Positions 1-9,830 of a DNA stretch of 33,394 nucleotides are shown one piece after another (within the stretch, counting starts at the first letter, position 1; each line of letters begins with the position of its first letter). The notes beneath the pieces are model-generated. The model did no database searches and had not been told where the DNA came from. It worked only from the letters and a program-made list of their open reading frames with translations. The position numbers and the translations under genes were made by a program. Source of the stretch: Octopus bimaculoides (lineage: Eukaryota); assembly GCF_001194135.2 (NCBI RefSeq), contig NC_068989.1:63972042-64005435 (forward strand), written 5' to 3'.

Positions 1-269
1 ACCCCAAAATGGATGAAGTTCAAAAGATAGTGCTCATGGGAACTGCCCATATCCTACGTAAAATACTGTCTATGTGATCTCAAATTTTAAAGCAAACACA
101 TAATTTTCTTATAGTTTCTTAAACATTCACTAGAACAAAACTGTACAAATCCAAATATATGGTACCCTAGGCATAACACCTACATGAACTTCTAGCTTGT
201 TGTCTTTTGAGGTCTCTGGGTGAGACTTGGATCCAACTTGTACAAATGCAAAACAAAAGTCAAACATAA

Positions 270-324
<55 letters not shown>

Positions 325-343
325 TAATAAATAATAATAATAA
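1..343 (+). mobile_element. 3' end of an R4/Dong-like non-LTR retrotransposon (ORF C-terminus, 3' UTR, (TAA)n tail)
   Basis: 3-77 translates as PKMDEVQKIVLMGTAHILRKILSM*, the QKxxLxGTxxILRK terminal motif of RLE-type (R4/Dong) ORFs. About 190 bp of UTR follows, then (AAT)n at ~269-343. Confidence 0.8.
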
Positions 344-734
344 TGATGCTCTGGTGTAGTACCAGACAGTGGCTCTCATGGTTTCTGATCTTAACTGACT
401 GGAAGTGTTATAATGTATATTGATTTGCCTTGGTCTATAGCAAAAATTCTGCTCGATACCACAGATTTGCTAGTCAGTTGTTTGACCATAGCCAGATTAG
501 CATATCCTTCAGTGGTTGATGATATGTGCATCTCTGATCATAAGCAGAAGCAGTAGGCGTGTATCATAGTCATGTGTTGAGAGGAGAGGGCTGTTAAATC
601 TGTATGTTTACTTATAAAGACAAAGAGTAGAGAATTGAGAAGGTCGTGAATTTGGGGGAGAGGAACCAAAGTAAGTGAACCAAATCATGTTATCCTTAAG
701 CATCTTAGTGAATGAAAGAGGTATACACATGTAT

Positions 735-1628
735 ACGTTTATATCGATTGCGATAGTCATATTAATGAGGAGGCATGATTTTTTTTTCTGAAAACCTTGA
801 ATATGATGCCCGGTCTATTTCCATCTATCTTTCTGTCAGTTTGAACGGTGAAGTTCCAAAGGAGTGAGATGTGGTCATTTTTATGCACAGCAGCAGTTTG
901 TGTTCCCACCAGCTTTTATCATGGGGCAGGTCTAAGTCTTTGCAAATTACCCAGTGAATATACTGTGCTGCTCTATCATGCCTGTTAAGATACTCTGTAG
1001 GCGCAAGGAGACTGCACATGGAGAAGTCATGATCAATGGTTTCATTTTGTTGTTTACATACACGACATGTTAGGATACAGCTGTACTTAAAGATGTTCGC
1101 CTGGTGGCTTCCTGTAGGTAGGCATTGATCTTCGGCTGCTATGATAAACCCTTCTATCTCTGATTTTAAGCCAGAAGACACCAACCATCGATGGGTAAGT
1201 GTTTTGTCAACATCGGCATAATTAACTCTCTTAGGGTGTTTGTTATTGAGAGGTTGAGAGGTTGTTTTTTTTTTGCCATTTATCAGCAAGAATGTCTAAG
1301 GCTGCAGTTTTAGCACGAGCTTTTGATACGCTTGGCTCTTTTTTTGTGCTTGCTTCAAGTACAACTAATTCTGCGATTTGTTGTATTTGGAATTCACTTA
1401 GTTATTTCTTTGCCTGTTTAGCTACTTCCAGTCATCAGAGTTTTTCAGGTATGTATTAAGGATAATTGTGGTAATCTTCATTCTTAATCCCAGTTGTAAA
1501 AGTCCATGTCCACCCACTTTTCTTGGCAGGTAAAGTCGTTTTGTATCTGCTTTAGGGTGGTACAATGTATGCATTGTCAACAGTTTTCGTATTTTTCTGT
1601 CAAGATTACAGATTTCAGTAAGTGACCA

Positions 1629-1629
<1 letters not shown>
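735..1629 (-). mobile_element. Degraded R4/Dong-like LINE fragment (RT thumb, CCHC zinc knuckle, start of RLE domain)
   Basis: Minus-strand translation across frameshifts gives LDRKIRKLLTMHTLYHPKADTKRLYLPRKVGGHGL (thumb), EGFIIAAEDQ..CRVCKQQNETIDHDFSMC (CCHC), RHDRAAQYIHW, then LLWNFTVQTDRKIDGNRPG..CLLINMTIA (RLE; expected NRPD reads NRPG). It starts directly after a (TAA)n array. Confidence 0.85.
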
Positions 1630-1661
<32 letters not shown>

Positions 1662-1666
1662 AAAGA

Positions 1667-1877
1667 GGCAGCGAGCTGACAGTATCATTAGCACGCCGGG
1701 TGAAATGCTTAACAATATTTCGTCTGCCGCTACGTTCTGAATTCAAATTCCGCTGCGTTCGACTTTGCCTTTCATCCTTTCGAGTCGATAAATTAAGTAC
1801 CAGTCAAGTACTGGGGTCGATATGATCGACTTACCCCCTCCCCCAAAATTCCGGGCCTTATGCCTAGAGTAGAAAGG

Positions 1878-1937
<60 letters not shown>
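1667..1937 (+). mobile_element. tRNA-derived SINE, Meta-like domain, with (ATT)n tail
   Basis: A-box-like GAGCTGACAGTATCATTAGC, B-box-like GTTCTGAATTCAAATTCC, central GCCTTTCATCCTTTCGAGTCGATAAATTAAGTACC, (ATT)n tail 1879-1937. Many related copies occur in the window. Confidence 0.85.
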
Positions 1938-1942
<5 letters not shown>

Positions 1943-2478
1943 AGTTGNNNNNNNNNNNNNNNNNNNNNNNNNNNNNNNNNNNNNNNNNNNNNNNNNNNNN
2001 NNNNNNNNNNNNNNNNNNNNNNNNNNNNNNNNNNNNNNNNNNNNNNNNNNNNNNNNNNNNNNNNNNNNNNNNNNNNNNNNNNNNNNNNNNNNNNNNNNNN
2101 NNNNNNNNNNNNNNNNNNNNNNNNNNNNNNNNNNNNNNNNNNNNNNNNNNNNNNNNNNNNNNNNNNNNNNNNNNNNNNNNNNNNNNNNNNNNNNNNNNNN
2201 NNNNNNNNNNNNNNNNNNNNNNNNNNNNNNNNNNNNNNNNNNNNNNNNNNNNNNNNNNNNNNNNNNNNNNNNNNNNNNNNNNNNNNNNNNNNNNNNNNNN
2301 NNNNNNNNNNNNNNNNNNNNNNNNNNNNNNNNNNNNNNNNNNNNNNNNNNNNNNNNNNNNNNNNNNNNNNNNNNNNNNNNNNNNNNNNNNNNNNNNNNNN
2401 NNNNNNNNNNNNNNNNNNNNNNNNNNNNNNNNNNNNNNNNNNNNNNNNNNNNNNNNNNNNNNNNNNNNNNNNNNNNNN

Positions 2479-2602
2479 ATGTATTTGTCTGAATATTTTT
2501 TTATTATACCTAAGGCACCTACTATGATAGGAATTGTTTCTGTTTTTAGATTCCACATTCGAGTTACCTCTATTTCCAGGTCTTTGTATTTTGAAAGTTT
2601 TT
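2479..2602 (-). mobile_element. R4/Dong-like LINE fragment (RLE C-terminal part), running into a gap
   Basis: KLSKYKDLEIEVTRMWNLKTETIPIIVGALGIIKKYSDKY on the minus strand (KxxKY..IPIIVGALG motifs). It begins right after the (TAA)n array at 2603-2689. Confidence 0.8.
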
Positions 2603-2623
2603 TTATTATTATTATTATTATTA

Positions 2624-2689
<66 letters not shown>
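2603..2689. repeat. (ATT)n microsatellite
   Basis: Direct reading. Confidence 0.95.
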
Positions 2690-2693
<4 letters not shown>

Positions 2694-2829
2694 AGTTGTT
2701 TTTTTTGTTATCGTCGTCAGCGTCGTTCTCGTTGTTGTTGCTGTGGTGTTTAGTATTATGTGTGACTGTATAGCAGATAACAGCTGAGAGAAAGTCACTT
2801 GCCCTTGCGGTAAAGATAACCCAGAGACC

Positions 2830-2985
2830 GCATGTCGTCTTTCGTTACGTTCTGGGTTCAAATGCCACCGATGTCACCCTTTCAAGTTCGATAGAATAAG
2901 TGCCAGTTGAACAATGTGTCGACGTAATCAACTCTCCTCACCCCTAAAAACTGCTGGCGATGTATCAAAATTTGAAATCATTAGT
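2830..2985 (+). mobile_element. Degenerate Meta-like SINE
   Basis: TTACGTTCTGGGTTCAAATGCC and GATAGAATAAGTGCCAG..GTCGACGTAATCAACT align with the 1667 copy. Confidence 0.5.
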
Positions 2986-2996
2986 GAGCTGGCTTA

Positions 2997-3222
2997 AAGC
3001 GGCGAGTTGGCGGAATCGTTAGCATAATGTACAATATGATTAGCAGGATTTCGTTCGTCTTTATGTTCTGAATTCAAATTCCGTCGAGGTTGACTTTGCC
3101 TTCCATCCTCTCGGGGTCGATAAAATATGTACCAACCAAGAACTGGGACCAATGAAATCTTCTTAGCCATCCTACTTCTCGAAATTGTTGACCTCGAGCC
3201 AAAATTTCAAACCATTATTATT
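2997..3222 (+). mobile_element. Meta-like SINE
   Basis: GGCGAGTTGGCGGAATCGTTAGC..GTTCTGAATTCAAATTCC..GCCTTCCATCCTCTCGGGGTCGATAAAA, short (ATT)n tail. Confidence 0.75.
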
Positions 3223-3228
3223 ACTATA

Positions 3229-3612
3229 GGCGCAGGAGTGGCTGTGCAGTAAGTAGCTTGCTTACCAACCACATGGTTCCGGGTTCAGTCCCACTGCATG
3301 GCACCTTGGGCAAGTGTCTTCTACTATAGCCTCGGGCCGACCAAAGCCTTGTGAGTGGATTTGGTAGACGGAAACTGAAAGAAGCCCGTCGTATATATGT
3401 ATATTTATATGTATGTATGTATTTGTCCACCCCCCACCATCGCTTGACAGCCGATGCTGCTCTGTTAACGTCCCCGTAACTTAGCGGTTCGGCAAAAAGA
3501 TACCGATATAATAAGTACTAGGCTTACAAAGAATAAGTCCTGGGGTCGATTTTCTCGACTAAAGGCGGTGCTCCAGCATGGCCGCAGTCAAATGACTGAA
3601 ACAAGTAAAGAG
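3229..3612 (+). mobile_element. Full-length tRNA-derived SINE with CORE-like segment and internal (TA/TATG) microsatellite
   Basis: GGCGCAGGAGTGGCTGTG head, B box GGTTCAGTCCC, CORE-like CACCTTGGGCAAGTGTCTT, 3' end CAAATGACTGAAACAAGTAAAG. Near-colinear copies at 9445 and 10587. Confidence 0.9.
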
Positions 3613-3620
3613 AGTATTAA

Positions 3621-3820
3621 GTCGGTGAGCTGGCAGAATCGTTAGCACGCCGGACGAAGCTCTTAGCGGTAGTTCACTCGTCACTACGTTCTGGGTTCAA
3701 ATTCCGTCGTAATCTATAAATTAAATACCAGAGAAACACTGGGGTCAAAGTATTCGACTACTCTCTTCCTCCAAAATGTAAGGCCTTGTGCCTTTAGAAG
3801 AAAAGATTGTTGTTGTTGTT
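3621..3820 (+). mobile_element. Meta-like SINE with internal deletion
   Basis: GGTGAGCTGGCAGAATCGTTAGCACGCCGG head and GGGTTCAAATTCC. The central CCTTTCATCC block is missing; (GTT/ATT) tail. Confidence 0.7.
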
Positions 3821-3911
3821 ATTCTTATTATTATGTTATATCAACTATGAAGTTTCGCTATAAAAATATATTGGAATTAAAAAATAACTCTTTTTTATAA
3901 ATATTAATATC

Positions 3912-4013
3912 AACATCATCATGGCATCATCATCATCATGATGATGATCATCAGTAGTAGTAGTGGTAGTAGTAGTAGTAGTTGTTGTAGTAGTAGTAGT
4001 ATTAGTAGTAGTA
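3912..4013. repeat. Compound (CAT)n / (GTA)n microsatellite
   Basis: Direct reading. Confidence 0.8.
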
Positions 4014-4607
4014 GTTCGCAAAATAATATTTGTGAAAAGTGGTGTTAGAAAGAAAAAGAGAAATCGTGAGTGATTGAAAACATCTTTTCCAAAAGATGAA
4101 GAGCAATCGATAAAAAAAAAAAGTGACGTCTGCTAACTTTCATTGTGCATTTGTTTCTCGTTTCAATATGAGCATGACATAACCATAAAATGCTCCGTTG
4201 ATTTTTGGCTTTGCTAAATGGTTATGTGCAAGATTTCTTAACAAATATAGCTAATAATATTCCTAATGAGACATCATTTTATTGCGTTGGTTAAAGGGTA
4301 ATACAGATTGCAGCAAAAATATCTTCCTTCGCAGGAAAATTACTGCCTTGCCTCAGGAAACCATTTTGTTGACGATGTAGCCATATAACCCGATAATTAT
4401 AATAGAACAAGCATATAAATAATAATTTCTCATACTAATAAAAAGTGGGACATTAAGATAGTTGATCGTTTTAGCTCCTCGTAAGATATAAAATATGAAT
4501 ATTGTAACAATTTTTTTATGCTTTGATTTAAAATCCTAATTTTTTCTACCCTTATTTTGTCGACTCTTTTGTCGACTCCATAAGTATGTACTGTCTCGAA
4601 TCTTAGG

Positions 4608-4843
4608 ACCCATAGGGCAGGTCAACTAGTTTCCATGGCGTATAAGTGACCGAGATCACAACACTGCCCCTAAACGGGGCACCAGTCCGTCGCTGAGTTA
4701 CTCATTTTCAACTGGGTTGATTGGAGGAACTTCAAATGAAGTGTTTTGCTTAAGAACACAATACGCTGCCTGCACAGGGAATCGAAACCATCATCTTGCG
4801 ATTGTGCGTACAACAACTTAAGAGCTAGGCCACGCGCCTTCAC
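4608..4843 (-). mobile_element. tRNA-derived SINE (third family; related to 25229-25541)
   Basis: Reverse complement starts GTGAAGGCGCGTGGCCTAG, has B box GGTTTCGATTCCC, and shares the GCGACGGACTGGTGCCCC block and CCATAGG end with the 25.3 kb copy. Confidence 0.75.
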
Positions 4844-4936
4844 TGTCGACCCTACACAATAACAGCAAGAGCCCCGGCTCAAGTCCTGGTGTCGGTTTAA
4901 TAGACTATAACTACTAATAAACTTAGTGCGTTTCTA

Positions 4937-5154
4937 CGAGGGGGTGCTGAAAAGTTCCTGGTTCAAGGCTTTAAGAGTATCGCGATAGGCTTGATTCGGA
5001 GCCCAACATTTAGAGTTCTTTTACGGGGTTTAGAATAGTGAAGGTCCGCTACAAAAAGCGTGTGAATTTGAGAGGGAATATGTTGAATAAAATCATAACT
5101 GATCCTGCTTTACTTTCTTTTACCCAAAGCCAGGACGTTTTCAGCACCACCTCG
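4937..5154. mobile_element. Mariner-derived MITE (218 bp) with TA TSD
   Basis: TIRs CGAGGGGGTGCTGAAAAGTTCCTGG (4937-4961) and CCAGGACGTTTTCAGCACCACCTCG (ending 5154), TA at 4935-36 and 5155-56. Internal GGGAATATGTTGAATAA resembles a mariner transposase 3' end (EYVE*). Confidence 0.85.
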
Positions 5155-5596
5155 TAAGAACGTCAGGCATCATTAAGTTACTAAGTAAGTCATACTTTTG
5201 TACTAGTACAGTAACCAGTCACATCCCTTTGTCTTTTTCTACTTTGGGTCATAAAGCATCTGTCTGAAATTATAAATTCTCTAACCCTCGTGTTAATTAA
5301 ATTGATTCACCACGACCTAAACTTTCCTTATTACCAAATGTTTGAACATTTAACAAATTTTAAGACATGCAACCAATTCCTCTAAAATTTACAATAAACT
5401 ATCCGAAAATATTCAACGCATTAAACATCAAACTTCATGTACACCAAACTACTTCTCGAAATTTATTTTTTCTTCAAAACTTAATAATAAATATCTAGAT
5501 TCTGGGAAGTTCCTGGTGATTTATTAAACATAAGTACATACACAGCTTACAATCTCCCGTGAATTATTCTGACTAGCTAATATTTATCATTCGTAT

Positions 5597-5760
5597 GATA
5601 GTGAACTGACAGGATTGTAACCGAGCCAGGCAAAATGCTTAGTGCTATTTCGTCCTTCTTTACGTTCTGGGTTCAAATTCCGCCGAGGCTGACTTTACCT
5701 TTTATCCATTAGAGGGTTAATATGATGAGAACCAGTTGAACACTGGGGTCGAATTAATCG
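5597..5760 (+). mobile_element. Meta-like SINE (3'-truncated)
   Basis: GGGTTCAAATTCCGCCGAGG..ACTTTACCTTTTATCC..ACTGGGGTCGAATTAATCG. Confidence 0.7.
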
Positions 5761-6084
5761 TTTGATGACTAATAGATGTAGTGTTATGTGGATGTTATTT
5801 CATTGAGTTTAAGTCACCATACACTGTACACACAAGCACATTGTTTGTTGATTGGTATGTGGTTTAAAAAAAAAAGTTTCATTTCTGGATAAACCTTGTG
5901 ATAGCATTTTCAAAGCCTTTTCTTTGCTGCTAAGTTTCATTATTACCATGATAGCTTGTATACTCTAAAATTTCTTTCAGTTGTACCTCCATTTTTTATG
6001 GATGCAAGCAAAGCCATAGTGTTTAAAGGTTAGCTTGACAACCACCTGGTTCTGAATTTTGTCTTACTTATTATGCTTTTAAAA

Positions 6085-6197
6085 GCTGTGAGCTGGAAGC
6101 ATGGTGAGAAAATCGGAAAAAATGCTGTACGTTCGGAGTTCAAATCAACTTTACCTTTCATCATTTCGGGGTCGATAAAATAAGTACCAGCTGAGCA
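6085..6197 (+). mobile_element. Meta-like SINE fragment running into a gap
   Basis: GAGTTCAAAT..CCTTTCATCATTTCGGGGTCGATAAAATAAGTACCAG. Confidence 0.6.
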
Positions 6198-7122
6198 NNN
6201 NNNNNNNNNNNNNNNNNNNNNNNNNNNNNNNNNNNNNNNNNNNNNNNNNNNNNNNNNNNNNNNNNNNNNNNNNNNNNNNNNNNNNNNNNNNNNNNNNNNN
6301 NNNNNNNNNNNNNNNNNNNNNNNNNNNNNNNNNNNNNNNNNNNNNNNNNNNNNNNNNNNNNNNNNNNNNNNNNNNNNNNNNNNNNNNNNNNNNNNNNNNN
6401 NNNNNNNNNNNNNNNNNNNNNNNNNNNNNNNNNNNNNNNNNNNNNNNNNNNNNNNNNNNNNNNNNNNNNNNNNNNNNNNNNNNNNNNNNNNNNNNNNNNN
6501 NNNNNNNNNNNNNNNNNNNNNNNNNNNNNNNNNNNNNNNNNNNNNNNNNNNNNNNNNNNNNNNNNNNNNNNNNNNNNNNNNNNNNNNNNNNNNNNNNNNN
6601 NNNNNNNNNNNNNNNNNNNNNNNNNNNNNNNNNNNNNNNNNNNNNNNNNNNNNNNNNNNNNNNNNNNNNNNNNNNNNNNNNNNNNNNNNNNNNNNNNNNN
6701 NNNNNNNNNNNNNNNNNNNNNNNNNNNNNNNNNNNNNNNNNNNNNNNNNNNNNNNNNNNNNNNNNNNNNNNNNNNNNNNNNNNNNNNNNNNNNNNNNNNN
6801 NNNNNNNNNNNNNNNNNNNNNNNNNNNNNNNNNNNNNNNNNNNNNNNNNNNNNNNNNNNNNNNNNNNNNNNNNNNNNNNNNNNNNNNNNNNNNNNNNNNN
6901 NNNNNNNNNNNNNNNNNNNNNNNNNNNNNNNNNNNNNNNNNNNNNNNNNNNNNNNNNNNNNNNNNNNNNNNNNNNNNNNNNNNNNNNNNNNNNNNNNNNN
7001 NNNNNNNNNNNNNNNNNNNNNNNNNNNNNNNNNNTATATATATATATATATATATCAGTATATATATAATATAATATATATAGTATATATATAGTGTATA
7101 TATATAAAATTAATATGAAAAG

Positions 7123-7675
7123 CAGTTTGCAATGTTTCACGAAAACAAGGATTACAAATGTCACTAAATGTGACTAGAGTGTCATAAAACACCCACATTG
7201 ATAGAAATAAGAGCTAAGCCGCTCTAATTCTGTAGTGGACGCGCATAAATGAAAACATATATACTAACAAAGACCATAATCATCCGAAAAGTGCCGATTG
7301 AGAATACTTAAGACTGACGCATCCGTTTCGGCAGTTTCCGTCGTCTCATCATCTGTGAATCATTAAATCATCCAATCATGTGGATGACGATAACATTAAT
7401 ACTAATAGCGAAGCGAGTCCGGACAGAGACGAACTAGAGATGTCTTAACTGACGAGGCCACGGAAATTGCCGAAACTGACGCCTCAGCACTAAGAATTCT
7501 CGATCTGCATTTTTCGGACGATGATGGTCCTTGTAAGTGTATGTTTTCATGCATGTGCGTTAACTATAACATTAGAGCGGTTTAGCTCTTATTTCTTGCA
7601 ATGTTGATGTTTTCTAACACCCTAGTCGTATTTAGTGACATTTGCAATTCAGTTTTGGTGTAACATTGCAAACTG
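7123..7675. mobile_element. Fold-back / MITE-like element with ~225 bp inverted arms and ~100 bp spacer
   Basis: 7123-7350 is the reverse complement of 7451-7675 at about 80% by eye, e.g. CAGTTTGCAATGTT / AACATTGCAAACTG, CAAATGTCACTAAAT / ATTTAGTGACATTTG, AGAAATAAGAGCTAA / TTAGCTCTTATTTCT. No ORF. Confidence 0.8.
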
Positions 7676-7749
7676 TTGCTNNNNNNNNNNTTGTCGACTA
7701 CACAGTATAGTAGGGTCAGTTGGGCACCGTCTGTGAGAAACACAGTACC

Positions 7750-8810
7750 GTGACACAATTCACTCTGCCAGAAGTTTGGAAACGACGTGCTCTACTTCTT
7801 GGCATTCGCGCCTGAAGCTCCAATACGAACTTTTCAGTGTGTTTGGGTGTCAATCTCAGATCAGTACAATCTGAGGACATGTACCGAGAGTGATAAAAAT
7901 CAAACATCCAGTCAACATCATGGTGTTGNNNNNNNNNNNNNNNNNNNNNNNNNNNNNNNNNNNNNNNNNNNNNNNNNNNNNNNNNNNNNNNNNNNNNNNN
8001 NNNNNNNNNNNNNNNNNNNNNNNNNNNNNNNNNNNNNNNNNNNNNNNNNNNNNNNNNNNNNNNNNNNNNNNNNNNNNNNNNNNNNNNNNNNNNNNNNNNN
8101 NNNNNNNNNNNNNNNNNNNNNNNNNNNNNNNNNNNNNNNNNNNNNNNNNNNNNNNNNNNNNNNNNNNNNNNNNNNNNNNNNNNNNNNNNNNNNNNNNNNN
8201 NNNNNNNNNACAATCTGAGGACATGTACCGAGAGTGATAAAAATCAAACATCCAGTCAACATCATGGTGTTGGGAATGATAGCGACGTTATGCCTCCATT
8301 CATCTTCCCATACAGCCTCAGATACGGAGGCCCACATCAAGTGCCTGGAGGCAGTACTGCTGTCCTGGGTCAAGGGGGGTAGCTGCTGGAACTGTTCTTG
8401 TCATCCCCCTTCCTCTCGATTTGGTCCCTGGCCAACTCCAGATGCCGTTCGGACCGCGCCTACTTGTTCGCACCATGCCACACAAACAGGAGAAACCAGT
8501 CGTGGCTTTCAGACAATTTCTACAACCACATCACCCTTAACATCTGGTCACCTAACTTCCCAGGTTGCAACCCCCTAGATTATTATGTGTGGAGCGCAGT
8601 TGAGCGAGATACCAACAAACCTCCTTGTAACATCGAAGATGAACTGAAGGCAAGGATTACAGCAGCATTCACCAAATTAAACAAGGGGACCGTCCAGAAG
8701 TGTTGTAGGAGATTCCAAAGTCGTCTGGAGACCGTGGTTGAAACCAATGAGATGTCAGTGTTACTTTCATTTTTGCGTAATTTAGATGACAATTTATTCA
8801 CCACACTCTG
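7750..8810 (+). mobile_element. Internally deleted, decayed DD37D (maT/mori-type) Tc1/mariner transposon
   Basis: KIKHPVNIMVLG..VMPPFIFP..APCHTNRRNQSWLSDNF..IWSPNFPGCNPLDYYVWSAVERDTN..RFQSRLETVVETN. Spacing from the inferred second Asp to PLD is 37. N-terminal remnant at 7750-7865; probable right TIR ..AATTTATTCACCACACTCTG ending ~8810. Confidence 0.85.
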
Positions 8811-8885
8811 TGTATGTATGTATGTATGTACGTATGTATGTATGTATGTATGTATGTGTGTGTGTATGAATGTATGTATATATGC
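8808..8885. repeat. (TATG)n microsatellite
   Basis: Direct reading. Confidence 0.9.
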
Positions 8886-8959
8886 ATTTATACGACTATG
8901 TATGAATATTTATGTATGTGTTCAGGCGTATGAATCTCTTTGTGCATTAGTTTGTCTCC

Positions 8960-9075
8960 TTCTTGTCAACCAGTGTTTGTTTGATAGCGACCCCGTAAAT
9001 TAGCGGTCTTCTGAACCGATAACAGTACTATAAGTACCAGACATGAAAACAATACTTGAGTCGATTTTCTCGACA
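8960..9075 (+). mobile_element. 3'-half fragment of CORE-like SINE
   Basis: CCCCGTAAATTAGCGG..ATAAGTACCAG..GAGTCGATTTTCTCGAC aligns with 3470-3560. Confidence 0.5.
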
Positions 9076-9444
9076 TATAATTTTACTTTACTGGGGTCAC
9101 TTGCTGGCCTATAAAAGAAAAGACACGTATTGCTTTATTATCTTATTATCGATAAACTAATTAGCTACTTTGTCACTCAATTGGTTTTTCAAAGTCTTTC
9201 CTGATACTACTGAAACTTTTCAGCTCTTTACATATATCTCACGCTTCACATGAACGGTTAACACTTAAAAGCAAACACAAGAAAGCAAACAATTGAATTC
9301 GTTAGCAAATTTGACCTAAGTATTTCCTTCATAACAAAACTAATTGTCGTTAATTTTCATTTTCATATATTACCCTAACCCTATAGAAAACTAAACGATG
9401 GCATACTCTGCATTAGTGAAAACACTCATTACTCCACCCCTTTA

Positions 9445-9830
9445 GGCTTGTTTGTGTGGTAAGAAGTTTGTTCCCGAACCACATGCTTCCGGGTTCAGTC
9501 CCACAGCATGATACCTTGGGCAAGTGTCTCCTAGTATAGCCTCGATCTAACCAAAAACTTGTGAGTGGATTTGGTAGGCGGAAACTGAAAGAAGCCCGTC
9601 GTATATATATTTATGTGCGCGTGTCTTTGTGTCTGTTTTGTCCTCGCATCACCACTTGACAATCGGTGTTGATGTGTTTACGTGTCCATCAGCTAGTGGT
9701 TCGGCAAGACCGATAGAATAAGTGCTAGGCTTTAAAACATAAGTTCTGGAGTCGATTTGTTCGACTGAAATTCTTCAAGGTGGTGTTCCAGCATGGCCGC
9801 TGTCAAATGACTGAAACAAGTAAAAGAATA
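9445..9830 (+). mobile_element. Full-length CORE-like SINE
   Basis: Colinear with 3229-3612 (GGTTCAGTCCC, CCTTGGGCAAGTGTCT, GGAAACTGAAAGAAGCCCGTCG, CAAATGACTGAAACAAGTAAAAG). Confidence 0.85.

Noticed and set aside
1870-2705. (ATT)n-TAATGTAGTTG repeated at ~1935-1947 and ~2686-2697, resembling a TSD around the Dong fragment
   Set aside because: One copy ends exactly at the gap edge, so it cannot be separated from a scaffolding artefact without long reads.
1743-2861. Long ORFs spanning N-runs and microsatellites (poly-I, poly-N, HT, YI, CV, RE, poly-V/Q), here and throughout the window
   Set aside because: Artefacts of X-translation and stop-free simple repeats. Only embedded TE-derived pieces are meaningful.
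7866-8272. Exact 63-bp direct repeat on both sides of the 7929-8209 gap
   Set aside because: Identical sequence ending and starting exactly at the N-run indicates overlapping contig ends (a false gap), not a biological duplication.
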